This document shows positions 1 through 9,382 of a stretch of 64,000 nucleotides of DNA, piece after piece. The DNA is from an uncultured Spirochaetaceae bacterium (GTDB lineage Bacteria; Spirochaetota; Spirochaetia; DSM-27196; SLST01). Numbering within the stretch: the first letter of the stretch is position 1; each line of letters opens with the position of its first letter. The notes beneath the pieces were generated by a model that saw only the letters and a program-made list of their open reading frames with translations, made no database searches and was not told where the DNA came from. A program made the translations under genes and the position numbers. The stretch covers positions 38,491-102,490 of the forward strand of contig CAZREG010000004.1 in NCBI GenBank assembly GCA_964599075.1, given 5' to 3'.

Positions 1-6
1 TCACCC

Positions 7-783
7 TCACCGGTCGGCCCCTAGATCCAGGTCAACAGTTACCGGGCAGTGATCAGAGCCCATGACCTCGTTGCTGATGCCGGCGGCAACAACTCTTGGT
101 AGTGCATGTTCGTTCACACAGTGATAGTCGAGTCGCCAACCGACGTTCCTCTCCCTGCCGCGAGTGACGTAACTCCACCAGGAGTAGTGACCACCGTCCT
201 GCTCATAGATCCGAAACGTATCGTGAAAACCGTTCTTGAGGAACTCGTCCATCCATGCACGTTCTTCGGGGAGATACCCGGCATTGCCTTCGTTCTCCCG
301 GGGGCGAGCGAGATCGATCGGCTTATGAGCAATGTTGTAGTCTCCGCAGAGTACGACTGGAGTGCCTTCAGATGTGAGGCGGCTACAGAGTCCCGCCATC
401 TCGGTGCAGAAATCGAGCTTATAGTCGAGCCGCTTCCCCTTGTCCTGGCTGTTTGGGAAGTATGCAGTGATCAGGACGAAATCATCGTAGAATGCTTGCA
501 GGACGCGGCCTTCGTTGTCGAATCGTTCGATACCCATTTCAGAAACCTCCCGGGGCTTTACCCGAGAGTAGATTGCGACACCGCTGTACCCCTTTTTTTC
601 CGCAGACGAAAATACCGCATGGTATCCTTCAGGATCGGTTAGTTCCTCGGTGAGCTGATTCGGATTTGCCTTTGTCTCCTGTAGACAGAGAATGTCGGGA
701 GAGAGATCGTAAAACCACGACAGGAACCCCTTCTTGGTTACTGCGCGAATACCATTCACGTTCCATGAAACCATGCGAAGCAT
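7..783 (-). CDS. xthA: exodeoxyribonuclease III (AP endonuclease, EEP fold)
   Basis: N-terminal MLRMVSWNVNGIRA and LCLQETK plus C-terminal GSDHCPV are ExoIII signatures. The ATG at 783 is preferred over the TTG at 789 used by the ORF track, because a TATGCT box (790-795, minus strand) lies 6 nt upstream. Confidence 0.9.
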   Translation of the reverse strand: MLRMVSWNVNGIRAVTKKGFLSWFYDLSPDILCLQETKANPNQLTEELTDPEGYHAVFSSAEKKGYSGVAIYSRVKPREVSEMGIERFDNEGRVLQAFYDDFVLITAYFPNSQDKGKRLDYKLDFCTEMAGLCSRLTSEGTPVVLCGDYNIAHKPIDLARPRENEGNAGYLPEERAWMDEFLKNGFHDTFRIYEQDGGHYSWWSYVTRGRERNVGWRLDYHCVNEHALPRVVAAGISNEVMGSDHCPVTVDLDLGADR

Positions 784-825
784 GGCCAAAGCATACTGGA
801 ATCCAAAACGGTGGAAAAGGGAAGC

Positions 826-2373
826 TTACAGGTTGAGGGAAAGAGACCAGGCAGACCCTCGGTCGCGCTCTTCGGGCAGGAGTGCGCCCGGGTTGAGAAG
901 CCCCTCCGGATCAAAGATAGATTTGACACGTCGCATGTAGGTGAGCACCCGCGGACTCCATTCCAGACTCAGGAATGGAGTCCGCAGGGGTCCCATGCCG
1001 TGTTCCGCGGTAATAAAACCCCCGAGGGCCGTGGCGCACGCGTACACCTCGCGCGCAAGGGTGAACAGTTCTTCGGGTTGGGCTTCACCGAACAGAGGTC
1101 TGAGGTGGAGATTGCCGCTTCCGGCGTGTCCATATATCGCCACGTCAAGATCGTGATCGGAGAAGATAGTCCTGAGCCCCTCAAGCAGCTCTGGCAGGCG
1201 AGCCGGGGGCACGCCAATATCGTTGACTACGGAGTGGGCGCTCCTGGCCGTCTCCCTGCAGACGCGCTGGATGGTGGGAAGCAGTGCCTTCCTCGCCTTC
1301 CAGATCAGATCGATGTCGTGCTGAGAGGTTGCGACTGCGATTTCGTCACTGAGCGAAAAATCACGGGAGATCGCCTGGAGACTCGCTTTGAGATTGTGCG
1401 GCTCGGCGAATGACCCGCTGAACTCGACTATGAGAAGGGCTTCACCTGCTGTATGAACAAGCGTGTTGGTATGCTCCCTGAGCAGCGCAATGCTCTCCCT
1501 GCTCATGAACTCCACGGCTTCAGCGGTCTCTCTCAGAAGCAGGGCGGCGTAACAGGCATCAAGCTCACGCTCAAATGCGATCTGAACGGCTACTCGGTTC
1601 TCTGGGACCGGCTGTGGAACCAGGACAGCGGAGGTAACGACCGCGAGGGAGCCAACGCTACCGCAAATTAAGCGAGGAATGGCGCGTGCGGGTTGATCGC
1701 CAGACTCTGCAAGCGAGAGCAAGTCCAGGCCGCTCGCCCACTTGTGGCCCGAATGCCTCCTGAGTTCCGCAATAGCCTCGCGATCAGAGGCGATCTCCCG
1801 GGAAAGCTGGGCAAGGGACTCGGTGAGCCTCTTGGGAATCGTGTCAGGTTCCTCTGTGTTCACGTGGGTGCCGTCAGAGCACATAAAACTGATGTGGGAC
1901 AGATACTCTGCAATCGATCCGTGTTTCAGGGCATGGGGGCCACTGGCCCGCGTCGCGATGTTACCGCCAATCCGAGAGAGCGGTCCGCTCGATGGATCTG
2001 AAGGCAACCACAGACCGTTATCCCGGAGCGCTCGCTGCACAATGTCGTGTCGGGCGGCGGCTCCCACGCTGACGACGGGCTTTTCGGGGTCCACCAGAAC
2101 AGTCGCGAACGCCTCGTGATCGACAAGCAGAAGAATGCCTTTGGTCAATGCGCTGCCCCCGGTGTTGCTACCGCCACCACGCGCGGTAACCGGCACCCCA
2201 AAGGAGCGGGCAATGGAAAGGGCGACCCGCAAGTCTTCAATGCTCTGAGGCCTTATGGCGGCCTGCGGTTTTGCGCGGAACATGCTGTAGTCGGTCTCGT
2301 ATCGTTCAGCCTCGGCAGGGGATACCATTCGCTGCCCGAGGGACTCAGATAGTGCGGTCTCAAGCGTTCTCAC
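826..2373 (-). CDS. FAD-linked oxidase (GlcD / D-lactate dehydrogenase family), substrate unknown
   Basis: 515 aa. It has the FAD_binding_4-type motif PVTARGGGSNTGGSAL and the C-terminal ITAEHGMG motif. It overlaps the upstream ABC-F gene by 4 nt. Confidence 0.8.
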   Translation of the reverse strand: MRTLETALSESLGQRMVSPAEAERYETDYSMFRAKPQAAIRPQSIEDLRVALSIARSFGVPVTARGGGSNTGGSALTKGILLLVDHEAFATVLVDPEKPVVSVGAAARHDIVQRALRDNGLWLPSDPSSGPLSRIGGNIATRASGPHALKHGSIAEYLSHISFMCSDGTHVNTEEPDTIPKRLTESLAQLSREIASDREAIAELRRHSGHKWASGLDLLSLAESGDQPARAIPRLICGSVGSLAVVTSAVLVPQPVPENRVAVQIAFERELDACYAALLLRETAEAVEFMSRESIALLREHTNTLVHTAGEALLIVEFSGSFAEPHNLKASLQAISRDFSLSDEIAVATSQHDIDLIWKARKALLPTIQRVCRETARSAHSVVNDIGVPPARLPELLEGLRTIFSDHDLDVAIYGHAGSGNLHLRPLFGEAQPEELFTLAREVYACATALGGFITAEHGMGPLRTPFLSLEWSPRVLTYMRRVKSIFDPEGLLNPGALLPEERDRGSAWSLSLNL

Positions 2374-4346
2374 ACCGCCCCCGTGAGGTCATGGAGCTCT
2401 TCGGAATGGCCCTCCCACTCCTCTGTAAGCGTCTGAACTCTCTGCTCAAGTTGTTCGATCCGTTGGGTCCGCCCGCGCACCGCCTCTCCGTCGCTATAGA
2501 TTTCCGGAAGTGCAAGTTCGTCCTGCAGCCGGCTCTGCTCGGCCTCAAGCTCGCTAATATCATGCATCAGCCGCTCACAGAGTCGCTCGAGCTTCTGAAT
2601 GCGACTGCGACGAGCCTTCTGCTCCTCGTGACTTGCCGCAACCGTTGTCTGTGGGGCGGGCGTCTGGGAGACCTGGGGGTCATCTTCCTCGCGCTGCTCA
2701 AGGCGCCAGGCGTAGTAGGAGTAGTCACCGGGAAAATCGGTCACCAGTGAGGCGTCCTGCGGTCGAACGCCTCCGGGGCGAAGCTCAATCACTCGTGTTG
2801 CCAGCTGCTCCACAAACTCTCGGTCATGACTTACGAAAACTATGGTGCCGGAGAACTTGCGCAGTGCGGCAAGCAGAACGTCTTTACTCGACAGATCGAG
2901 ATGGTTCGTCGGCTCGTCTAGAATGAGCAAGTTGTATGGCTGGAGGAGTAGTTGTAGCATCGCAAGTCTGCTGCGCTCGCCACCGGATAGAACGTCAACA
3001 GGCTTGTAGATATCGTCACCCATAAACAGGAAGGCACCGAGCAGATTCCGGAGCTGCTGGTCGGTCTGCTGCGTGGCTACGGATTCGATTGCTGAGAGTA
3101 CACTTGGTCCCGACCCGTCGGTCGCGGAGGCGTTCTGCTGCAACCAGTTGTCGTCGTCGGCATAGAAACCGGCCCGCACATTGGCGCCCGGCGTGACCGC
3201 ACCGGAGTATTCTGTGTCACGCTCAGCGAGGATGCGCATGAGGGTGGACTTGCCTGCACCGTTGGGACCCACGAGCACCACTCGTTCTCCGCGGGTGACC
3301 GTGAGATTCACTTCTTCAAGAACCAACTGCCGCCCGTAGCTTCGGGAGAGCGAGTTACAGCGCAGGACCTCTTCGCCTGAGCGGGGTGCGGGAGGAAAGG
3401 TGAGTGTCATGCGCCGCAGGTGTTCGGGAATCTCGATGCGTTCCATCTTCTCGAGCTGCTTTACCCGGCTCTGTACCTGTTTCGCCTTTGTTGCTTTTGC
3501 CCGGAAACGGCGGATAAAATCCTCAATTCGTCGTATCTCATCCTGTTGCTGCTCGTAGGCTGCGACGATCTGCTCGATCTCCTGCTCGCGTTGCCGTTCA
3601 TAGGCTGTGTAGATCCCATGGTAGCGTTTTACGTTACCAAGAAACAGCTCCCAGACATGGTTCACCGTCTGGTCAAGGAATCGACGATCGTGACTGACCA
3701 GGAGAACTCCACCGCTGTACGAGGATAGAAAGGAGCCCAGCCATACCCGGGCCTCCACATCGAGGTAGTTTGTCGGTTCGTCAAGGAGAAGCATGTCAGG
3801 ATGCCTGAGCAGAGCCTTCGCCAGCGCAATCCTCATCTGCCAGCCACCGGAGAACTCCTCGGTCTTTCGATCGAAGTCCGTTCGCTTGAATCCTAGCCCG
3901 GTCAGAATGCGATCGATCTCCGCTTCTCGCTCATAGTAGCCACTGTGCACGATCTGCTCATGAACCTGATGGTGCTCGTCGAGCAGCGATTCAAGCTCTG
4001 AGTCACTGTCTGTAGTTTCTGAGAGCCTCTGTTCGAGCTCCTTTTGAACCTGAACAAGAGCGCGAACCTGTTGGTAGGAAAGCTCGACCTCTTCCAATAG
4101 GGTTCTGCCGTGATGGTCGATTCCGGACTGCGGAAGGTAAACGGTGGTCGCATCACGACTCATCGTCACCGTACCCGAGTCGGGCTCACGAATTCCAGCG
4201 AGAATCTTCATCAGGGTGGATTTGCCGCTTCCGTTTGCACCTGCAAGTGCGCATCGGTCTCCAGAGCTCAAGGCCAAAGTAACATGACTGAGAATATCAC
4301 GATCGCCAAAAGCCAGGGAGACGTCCGTTGCCTGGACGTGTGCCAT
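2370..4346 (-). CDS. ABC-F family ATPase (two ABC domains, no TM domain, C-terminal coiled coil)
   Basis: Walker A motifs GANGSGKST and GPNGAGKST, signatures FSGGWQMR and LSGGERSR, Walker B motifs LLLDEPTNYLD and LILDEPTNHLD, and a charged inter-domain linker. Confidence 0.9.
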   Translation of the reverse strand: MAHVQATDVSLAFGDRDILSHVTLALSSGDRCALAGANGSGKSTLMKILAGIREPDSGTVTMSRDATTVYLPQSGIDHHGRTLLEEVELSYQQVRALVQVQKELEQRLSETTDSDSELESLLDEHHQVHEQIVHSGYYEREAEIDRILTGLGFKRTDFDRKTEEFSGGWQMRIALAKALLRHPDMLLLDEPTNYLDVEARVWLGSFLSSYSGGVLLVSHDRRFLDQTVNHVWELFLGNVKRYHGIYTAYERQREQEIEQIVAAYEQQQDEIRRIEDFIRRFRAKATKAKQVQSRVKQLEKMERIEIPEHLRRMTLTFPPAPRSGEEVLRCNSLSRSYGRQLVLEEVNLTVTRGERVVLVGPNGAGKSTLMRILAERDTEYSGAVTPGANVRAGFYADDDNWLQQNASATDGSGPSVLSAIESVATQQTDQQLRNLLGAFLFMGDDIYKPVDVLSGGERSRLAMLQLLLQPYNLLILDEPTNHLDLSSKDVLLAALRKFSGTIVFVSHDREFVEQLATRVIELRPGGVRPQDASLVTDFPGDYSYYAWRLEQREEDDPQVSQTPAPQTTVAASHEEQKARRSRIQKLERLCERLMHDISELEAEQSRLQDELALPEIYSDGEAVRGRTQRIEQLEQRVQTLTEEWEGHSEELHDLTGAV

Positions 4347-4347
4347 C

Positions 4348-5649
4348 CTATCCTCCCGTGGATGACATAAAAACTGTCAGCGTGGAGCCCGGCTCAGAGA
4401 CGAGTCTATCGTCTACGGCTTGGGGTGGGACGTAGACGAGTCGGACCCCGTTCTCGCGGATCGAGTAGACAAAATGTACTGCCGGTGACACCCCGTCAAA
4501 ACGGAAAGAGAGTGCCCCATCATACCGTTGAAGGAGATCAGACGCGAGAAAGAGACCAAGATTGATGCTTCCGGTCGAGCCTGCGGCCGACGGCACGACG
4601 GACGGTACAAGACGGTTGTAGTCTGTCCATCGGAATCGCTGGCCGGGCAGCAGCTCCAGCGTTCCGTAGTTATCACTGAGAAAGACGGGCCCGGCAGCAA
4701 GCAGGTTCTCGTAGATCTCTGCACGACGGGTGCGCTCCTGCTCGACGTAGTCCGATACTTCGCCGTCGATCCGTTGAAACGATTGGATGTACTCCTGACC
4801 GTCGAGTGAGTACTGGACGCTCAGTTCGTCGTTACGCTGAAAACTCATCTGTAACGTGGTCCCTTCCGCGAAGTAGCGTCGCGGGCCTACGCTCAGGATC
4901 TGTTCGTACTCGAAGAGTGTAGTGTGCCAGGGAAGCACAAGTTCGATCTGATTTCGCTCCGGATCAGGAAAGAGACCGTACTGAGGTGTGAACACTGCAA
5001 GGTCAATGGTACTGTTCGCAATCATGTCGGTGTACCAGATCGGTCGCCAGATGTTTTGCAGGAGAAGCTCCCGTAACGGGTCCTGACCCGACGGAGCACT
5101 CATCACGATCGACTCATCGGTTGGATCAAACATCTCCAGGGTGTAGCCAAAGACCCAGCCGCGTTCACCCGTCTGTGTCAGGGCCTCGTACCAGTATGAT
5201 ACCAGGCCACTGAGATCTGTCTTCTCGTCTTCCCGGGATATGAGTTTAACCACTTCTCCGTCTCGCAGTCGGTAGACGGTATTCGTGCCTGCGGTAGTCG
5301 GCATGGATCGGATAGGAAGGGCGTTGCGCCCGGCCCTGGCATAGAGAGTCGTGTTGCCGTCAAACATAGCCTGATACTCGTCACGGTAGCGTTCAGCGTC
5401 ATCGCGCGTATCAAATGCTGCGACCCGCCATTGCGGAAGCTGCAGATTCTCTTCCAGCTCATCCGCGGTGATGACGTATGACCGAGTGACCTCTGATTCT
5501 GCGATAATGGTAACCACTGAGCCGGATTCGATCTGGTCTTCCTCCGGGGAAGCAAGCAAGACACCGTAACCTGCCACATCCGCGGCGCACGAGAGCACGA
5601 GCAGCGATAGAACCGGAATCAGATAGAAGAGCGAGTACGTTCGTCGCAT
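4348..5649 (-). CDS. uncharacterised lipoprotein with a bacterial SH3-like segment
   Basis: Signal peptide with lipobox (LLVLSC). The central stretch YARAGRNALPIRSMP...VYRLRDGEVVKLI...WYEALT..GERGWVFGYTLE looks like SH3b. A GGAG sits 6 nt upstream of the ATG. Confidence 0.6.
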   Translation of the reverse strand: MRRTYSLFYLIPVLSLLVLSCAADVAGYGVLLASPEEDQIESGSVVTIIAESEVTRSYVITADELEENLQLPQWRVAAFDTRDDAERYRDEYQAMFDGNTTLYARAGRNALPIRSMPTTAGTNTVYRLRDGEVVKLISREDEKTDLSGLVSYWYEALTQTGERGWVFGYTLEMFDPTDESIVMSAPSGQDPLRELLLQNIWRPIWYTDMIANSTIDLAVFTPQYGLFPDPERNQIELVLPWHTTLFEYEQILSVGPRRYFAEGTTLQMSFQRNDELSVQYSLDGQEYIQSFQRIDGEVSDYVEQERTRRAEIYENLLAAGPVFLSDNYGTLELLPGQRFRWTDYNRLVPSVVPSAAGSTGSINLGLFLASDLLQRYDGALSFRFDGVSPAVHFVYSIRENGVRLVYVPPQAVDDRLVSEPGSTLTVFMSSTGG

Positions 5650-5709
5650 TGATTCTCCGTAGGGCTGAATAGACCATAACCCGAATTCAAAGTCAACAGG
5701 AGAGGCCGT

Positions 5710-6615
5710 CTACGGCAGGGCCGGGGAGATGATCAGTGCAATTCGGCCCTCGCGAAGGAGCTGTCGGTTTGATGCGGTTGAAAGAAGCCTTTCGGCGTCT
5801 GAAAGCTGCAGGACGGGGTCTGTGGCAGTCACTCCGAACGCGCCCACCGCCACCACTCGCAGGGGGTTTTCTCCGATTCTTCGCTGCACCTCAATGGACT
5901 GCGGGTTGGTGTGGTAGAGTAGGGGCCCGAACTCTGTGATCGTATCCGAATCTATCATCGAGCGATCGAGCAGCGGGAAGAGCTCCTGCTCCTGTTCGTC
6001 CAGAAACCAGAGTTGTGGCAGCAAGGTCGGGGAAAGGGCCTCTATTCGGTTTGTTCCGAACAGCGGAAGCGGTTCGGGGGCGTAAATCAAAAGACCGGTA
6101 TAATCGGCAGTCGGCGTCCACCCGATGCGGACGGGAAGGTCGAGAGGTTCATTCAAGGTGGTGAACTCGGGTATCACGTCGCTCGGGAGATCGAGAAGAA
6201 AGGTCACCGTTGCGGTTCCCAGGGAAGGATCGGCGCTTGAGTCGATTGATGTCGCTTTCGTTGCAATCCGTGTTACGTTGCTGATCGACATCTCTCCTGA
6301 TGAGACAAGCTCTGCCACGGTCCGGCTGTTGTCGAACGGAAGCTGGAGGAGGGCGCTGACGATTGCAGCAGTAGCGTCGCGGCGAATCGCTGCCTGAGTT
6401 CTTGAGACAGCAACCGGTGCGTTCCCGCCACCGACATTTACCGGCCGCTCGATTACAATACGCATCTGCTGCCCGGTCCAGTCTACCGTGTAGCTTACAC
6501 GATCAGATGCAAGGGTGAACACTCCTCCACCAGTGAATTGGGCGAACGCCGAGCACGTACAGGCAAGAGCCAGCAGGAGAAGAAGCAGTGATCGGGCTGT
6601 GTCTGAGTACCTCAC
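5710..6615 (-). CDS. uncharacterised secreted protein
   Basis: 301 aa with a GTG start. The N-terminal hydrophobic signal is LLLLLLALACTCSAFAQ. No recognisable catalytic motif. Confidence 0.5.
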   Translation of the reverse strand: MRYSDTARSLLLLLLALACTCSAFAQFTGGGVFTLASDRVSYTVDWTGQQMRIVIERPVNVGGGNAPVAVSRTQAAIRRDATAAIVSALLQLPFDNSRTVAELVSSGEMSISNVTRIATKATSIDSSADPSLGTATVTFLLDLPSDVIPEFTTLNEPLDLPVRIGWTPTADYTGLLIYAPEPLPLFGTNRIEALSPTLLPQLWFLDEQEQELFPLLDRSMIDSDTITEFGPLLYHTNPQSIEVQRRIGENPLRVVAVGAFGVTATDPVLQLSDAERLLSTASNRQLLREGRIALIISPALP

Positions 6616-6657
6616 ACTACACTCATCGGCTTTCCGGGTGTTGTATTAAAGATTGAG

Positions 6658-7689
6658 CTAGAAGCGTTCACCCAGGAAAACGCCTGCCCACTCCCACGTT
6701 CCGTGAATCTCAGGATCGGCGGGAAAATCCACTTTCCGAAAATAGAGATACCAGGTCCGGATACGTAGCCCTCCCCATCCGAATGTTCGCAGGAGGGCCT
6801 CATCTCCGTCGTCGTCAAGGTCAACCTCAGGGTCAATGGTGAGGCGGCGGGTTAGTCGGAGAATCTCTCCTATGCCCCAGAGACCGGAAACGTTCGGATC
6901 CTCGAAATCCTGTTCCCAGCTTCGTGTGAAGAAGTTCACCCGTGCCTGATACTGCAGGAGCGCGCGCTCATTCTTGTTTGCCAGAGCCGAGGTGATCCCG
7001 CGCCGAAGCTCCTCGAGTGTCTCCACCGTCCAGTCTTTGGGACTGTCGTAAAAGGCGATGCGAGCGGCCACGTCGCGGTGAGCATTCGGTCGGCCTGGAA
7101 CGGTTGATTGCGGGAATCTCAGGAACTGTCGGTAGGCGGCATAGGCCTCTTCCCAGGCTCCCAGCTGTTCCATGGCTTCAGCGAGTCGGTAGTGCAGAAG
7201 TCCCTGATCCACGTAATCCCCAAACTTCTGGAGAAGGCGCTGATAGTAGTGCACCCGTTTCGCGGGAGTCTGGGTGATACGCACGAGCTGCTCCATCGAT
7301 TTCAGATGCAATGATTGGCCGCGCAGATCAAGATCGGGATACTCAGTGACGACCCTCTCGAAGTAATGTCTGGCTAACTCCGGTGCATTGTTGTCAAGGT
7401 AGTTCTGTGCCACCAGATAGAGATAGAGGGCGCCGTAAGGGTCATCCGGATTCTGTTCCACGAAGGTTGTGAGAAACGCATTGAGAGCCATTGGGCCGGT
7501 GTCATGGAGGAGATGACCGGAAAGGCGCTCAACTGCTATCGCCCGAATAGCTGGTTCAGGTTCTCTCTGTACAAGCTCATAGAGCTCTACTGTTCGCGGA
7601 TCCTCGCTTGAACCAACGAAGTATCGGTCGCGGTCACTGCACCCGAGAAGGAGAATAACGCTAATAGTAGCGACAAAGAGCTTGAGCAT
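6658..7689 (-). CDS. TPR-like lipoprotein, function unknown
   Basis: Starting at the ATG at 7689 gives MLKLFVATISVILLLGCS, a clean lipobox, whereas the track start at 7728 is a TTG. The body is helical-repeat and Tyr/Leu/Ala-rich, and the protein ends in ...FLGERF. Confidence 0.6.
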   Translation of the reverse strand: MLKLFVATISVILLLGCSDRDRYFVGSSEDPRTVELYELVQREPEPAIRAIAVERLSGHLLHDTGPMALNAFLTTFVEQNPDDPYGALYLYLVAQNYLDNNAPELARHYFERVVTEYPDLDLRGQSLHLKSMEQLVRITQTPAKRVHYYQRLLQKFGDYVDQGLLHYRLAEAMEQLGAWEEAYAAYRQFLRFPQSTVPGRPNAHRDVAARIAFYDSPKDWTVETLEELRRGITSALANKNERALLQYQARVNFFTRSWEQDFEDPNVSGLWGIGEILRLTRRLTIDPEVDLDDDGDEALLRTFGWGGLRIRTWYLYFRKVDFPADPEIHGTWEWAGVFLGERF

Positions 7690-7721
7690 CTGCACGCGTA
7701 GTATATGAGTGAGCTCTTCGA

Positions 7722-7750
7722 TTGGCAACGGAAGAGAGAGGCGGTACTAT
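7722..7750 (+). promoter_or_regulatory. sigma70-like promoter, TTGGCA-17-TACTAT, 6 nt upstream of ATG 7757 (leaderless geometry)
   Basis: Hexamers read directly from the sequence. There is no Shine-Dalgarno between the -10 box and the ATG. Confidence 0.5.
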
Positions 7751-7756
7751 ACAGTG

Positions 7757-8344
7757 ATGAGTGACGGGTCTCCGCGGTTTCCAAACAAGCTCCTGATTAT
7801 TGGCGCGCTGTTCACCGTCGTAGGCGGTGTGTTACTGTTGTGGAGCTTTGGCTATCTTGAGCGGGTCCTTGCCGCCTGGCCGCTGCTCCCACTGATAGGC
7901 GGACTGTCGCTTCTCTATCTACGTTTCTTTCGTGACGGGAGCGATCACTATGTGTTCTTTGGTACATCTCTTGCGCTGAGCGGAATACTGTTTCTGTTGG
8001 TGACCACCGCCGTCCCGGCTTCTCTTTCTCGAGTCTGGCCGCTGTTCATGACAATCGTAGGTCTCAGTCTCTTTGCCTATGGCATGCGCAAGCACGGGAC
8101 TGTTCGCGTGACATTTACCATTCCGGGTGTCGCAATTCTTGTACTCTCGATAGTTTTTCTGCCCTTTTCGCTGGAATTGATCGGTACGGAGTTTGCCTCA
8201 TTTGTGTCTACCTGGTGGCCTGCTCTTTTTGTCGCGATAGGAATCGGGCTCATCCTGTCACACTTTCTCCGGCCGGTTGAAGTCTCCGGTGAGGAAGGCG
8301 AGGTTCACGAGTCCGGCCGGACCGATCTGATAGAAGACGAATGA
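7757..8344 (+). CDS. polytopic inner-membrane protein, function unknown
   Basis: About 5 hydrophobic helices. The ATG at 7757 (MSDGSPRF...) lies 6 nt downstream of a TACTAT box. The ORF-track start at 7709 would overlap the divergent gene and the promoter. Confidence 0.6.
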   Translation: MSDGSPRFPNKLLIIGALFTVVGGVLLLWSFGYLERVLAAWPLLPLIGGLSLLYLRFFRDGSDHYVFFGTSLALSGILFLLVTTAVPASLSRVWPLFMTIVGLSLFAYGMRKHGTVRVTFTIPGVAILVLSIVFLPFSLELIGTEFASFVSTWWPALFVAIGIGLILSHFLRPVEVSGEEGEVHESGRTDLIEDE

Positions 8345-9195
8345 CGTTGACCCGGTTCGGAGAACTCTGCGAGCGGGCCTACGCCGCCTACCATCGGCCG
8401 CAGTTTATCTCTCCGGACCCTCTCGAGATTGTCTTGGAGTACCAGAGACCTGAAGACCGGGAAGCGGTGGCTCTGATCGCCACCTCTCTCGCCCTCGGTC
8501 GCGTGGACGGAATAGTGAGGGGAACTCGTGATGTGCTGCGGCGAATCGAGACGCTCGGCACATCGCCCTATCGGGCGCTCCTTACTGCCGGGAGAGAAGA
8601 GCTCAACGCTCTGTCAGAAGGCTTTGTCTATCGGTTCTTTGATCAATTCCAGTTGTCCGGTCTGCTTCTCGCTCTCAGCCGCACGTTCAGCGAGTATGGA
8701 TCCATTGAGGAGCTCTTCCGGTCACTCGCTGGAGAGAGCTCTCGGGAAGAGGCAGAACGCCGAAGCGTTCGGGGCCTTGAGGGGCTTGTTCGTTCACTCC
8801 GTCATGCTGCTGACGGTGCCCTTGACGGGTCAATTCTCCTCGCGATGCCGGAGAAGGGGAGCGCCTGCAAGCGACTCCTTCTCTTCCTGCGCTGGATGGT
8901 TCGCAATGACCAGATTGACCGGGGCCATTGGAGAGCGCTTGACGCTCATGAGCTTCTCGTCCCGTTGGACACGCATATGCTCAGTATTGCCCGCTACTGC
9001 GGCCTCACGAAGTGCAGGCAGGCATCACTAAAGGCGAGCCGTGAGATCACCGCTGCGTTTCGTGAGATAGCCGCAGATGACCCGGTCCGATACGACTTCT
9101 CACTTACCCGCCTTGGAATCCATCCGGATCTCAACAAAGGAGGATTCTTCAGAACGGAGGATTTTACCACGCCAGGTAATTTCGCTACATTCTAA
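8341..9195 (+). CDS. TIGR02757 / DUF2400 family protein
   Basis: [18 protein letters not shown] and [14 protein letters not shown] match my memory of the DUF2400 signature. There is an ATGA overlap with the upstream membrane-protein gene. Confidence 0.55.
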   Translation: MTLTRFGELCERAYAAYHRPQFISPDPLEIVLEYQRPEDREAVALIATSLALGRVDGIVRGTRDVLRRIETLGTSPYRALLTAGREELNALSEGFVYRFFDQFQLSGLLLALSRTFSEYGSIEELFRSLAGESSREEAERRSVRGLEGLVRSLRHAADGALDGSILLAMPEKGSACKRLLLFLRWMVRNDQIDRGHWRALDAHELLVPLDTHMLSIARYCGLTKCRQASLKASREITAAFREIAADDPVRYDFSLTRLGIHPDLNKGGFFRTEDFTTPGNFATF

Positions 9196-9220
9196 CCAAT
9201 CTACAATAAAGGAAGGCAGT

Positions 9221-9382
9221 ATGCAGAAGTACGTATGTAACGTATGTGGCTACATCTACGACCCGGCTGAGGGTGACCCGGATAACGATATTGAACCGGG
9301 TACCTCTTTCGACAACCTCCCCGAAGATTGGGTCTGTCCAATGTGTGGCGCCCTGAAAGAGGACTTCTCACCTGAAGAGTAA
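9221..9382 (+). CDS. rubredoxin
   Basis: 53 aa: [15 protein letters not shown]...WVCPMCGA, with two CxxCG knuckles. An AAGGAAGG Shine-Dalgarno lies upstream of the ATG at 9221. The track ORF 9077..9382 is an upstream extension. Confidence 0.9.
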   Translation: MQKYVCNVCGYIYDPAEGDPDNDIEPGTSFDNLPEDWVCPMCGALKEDFSPEE

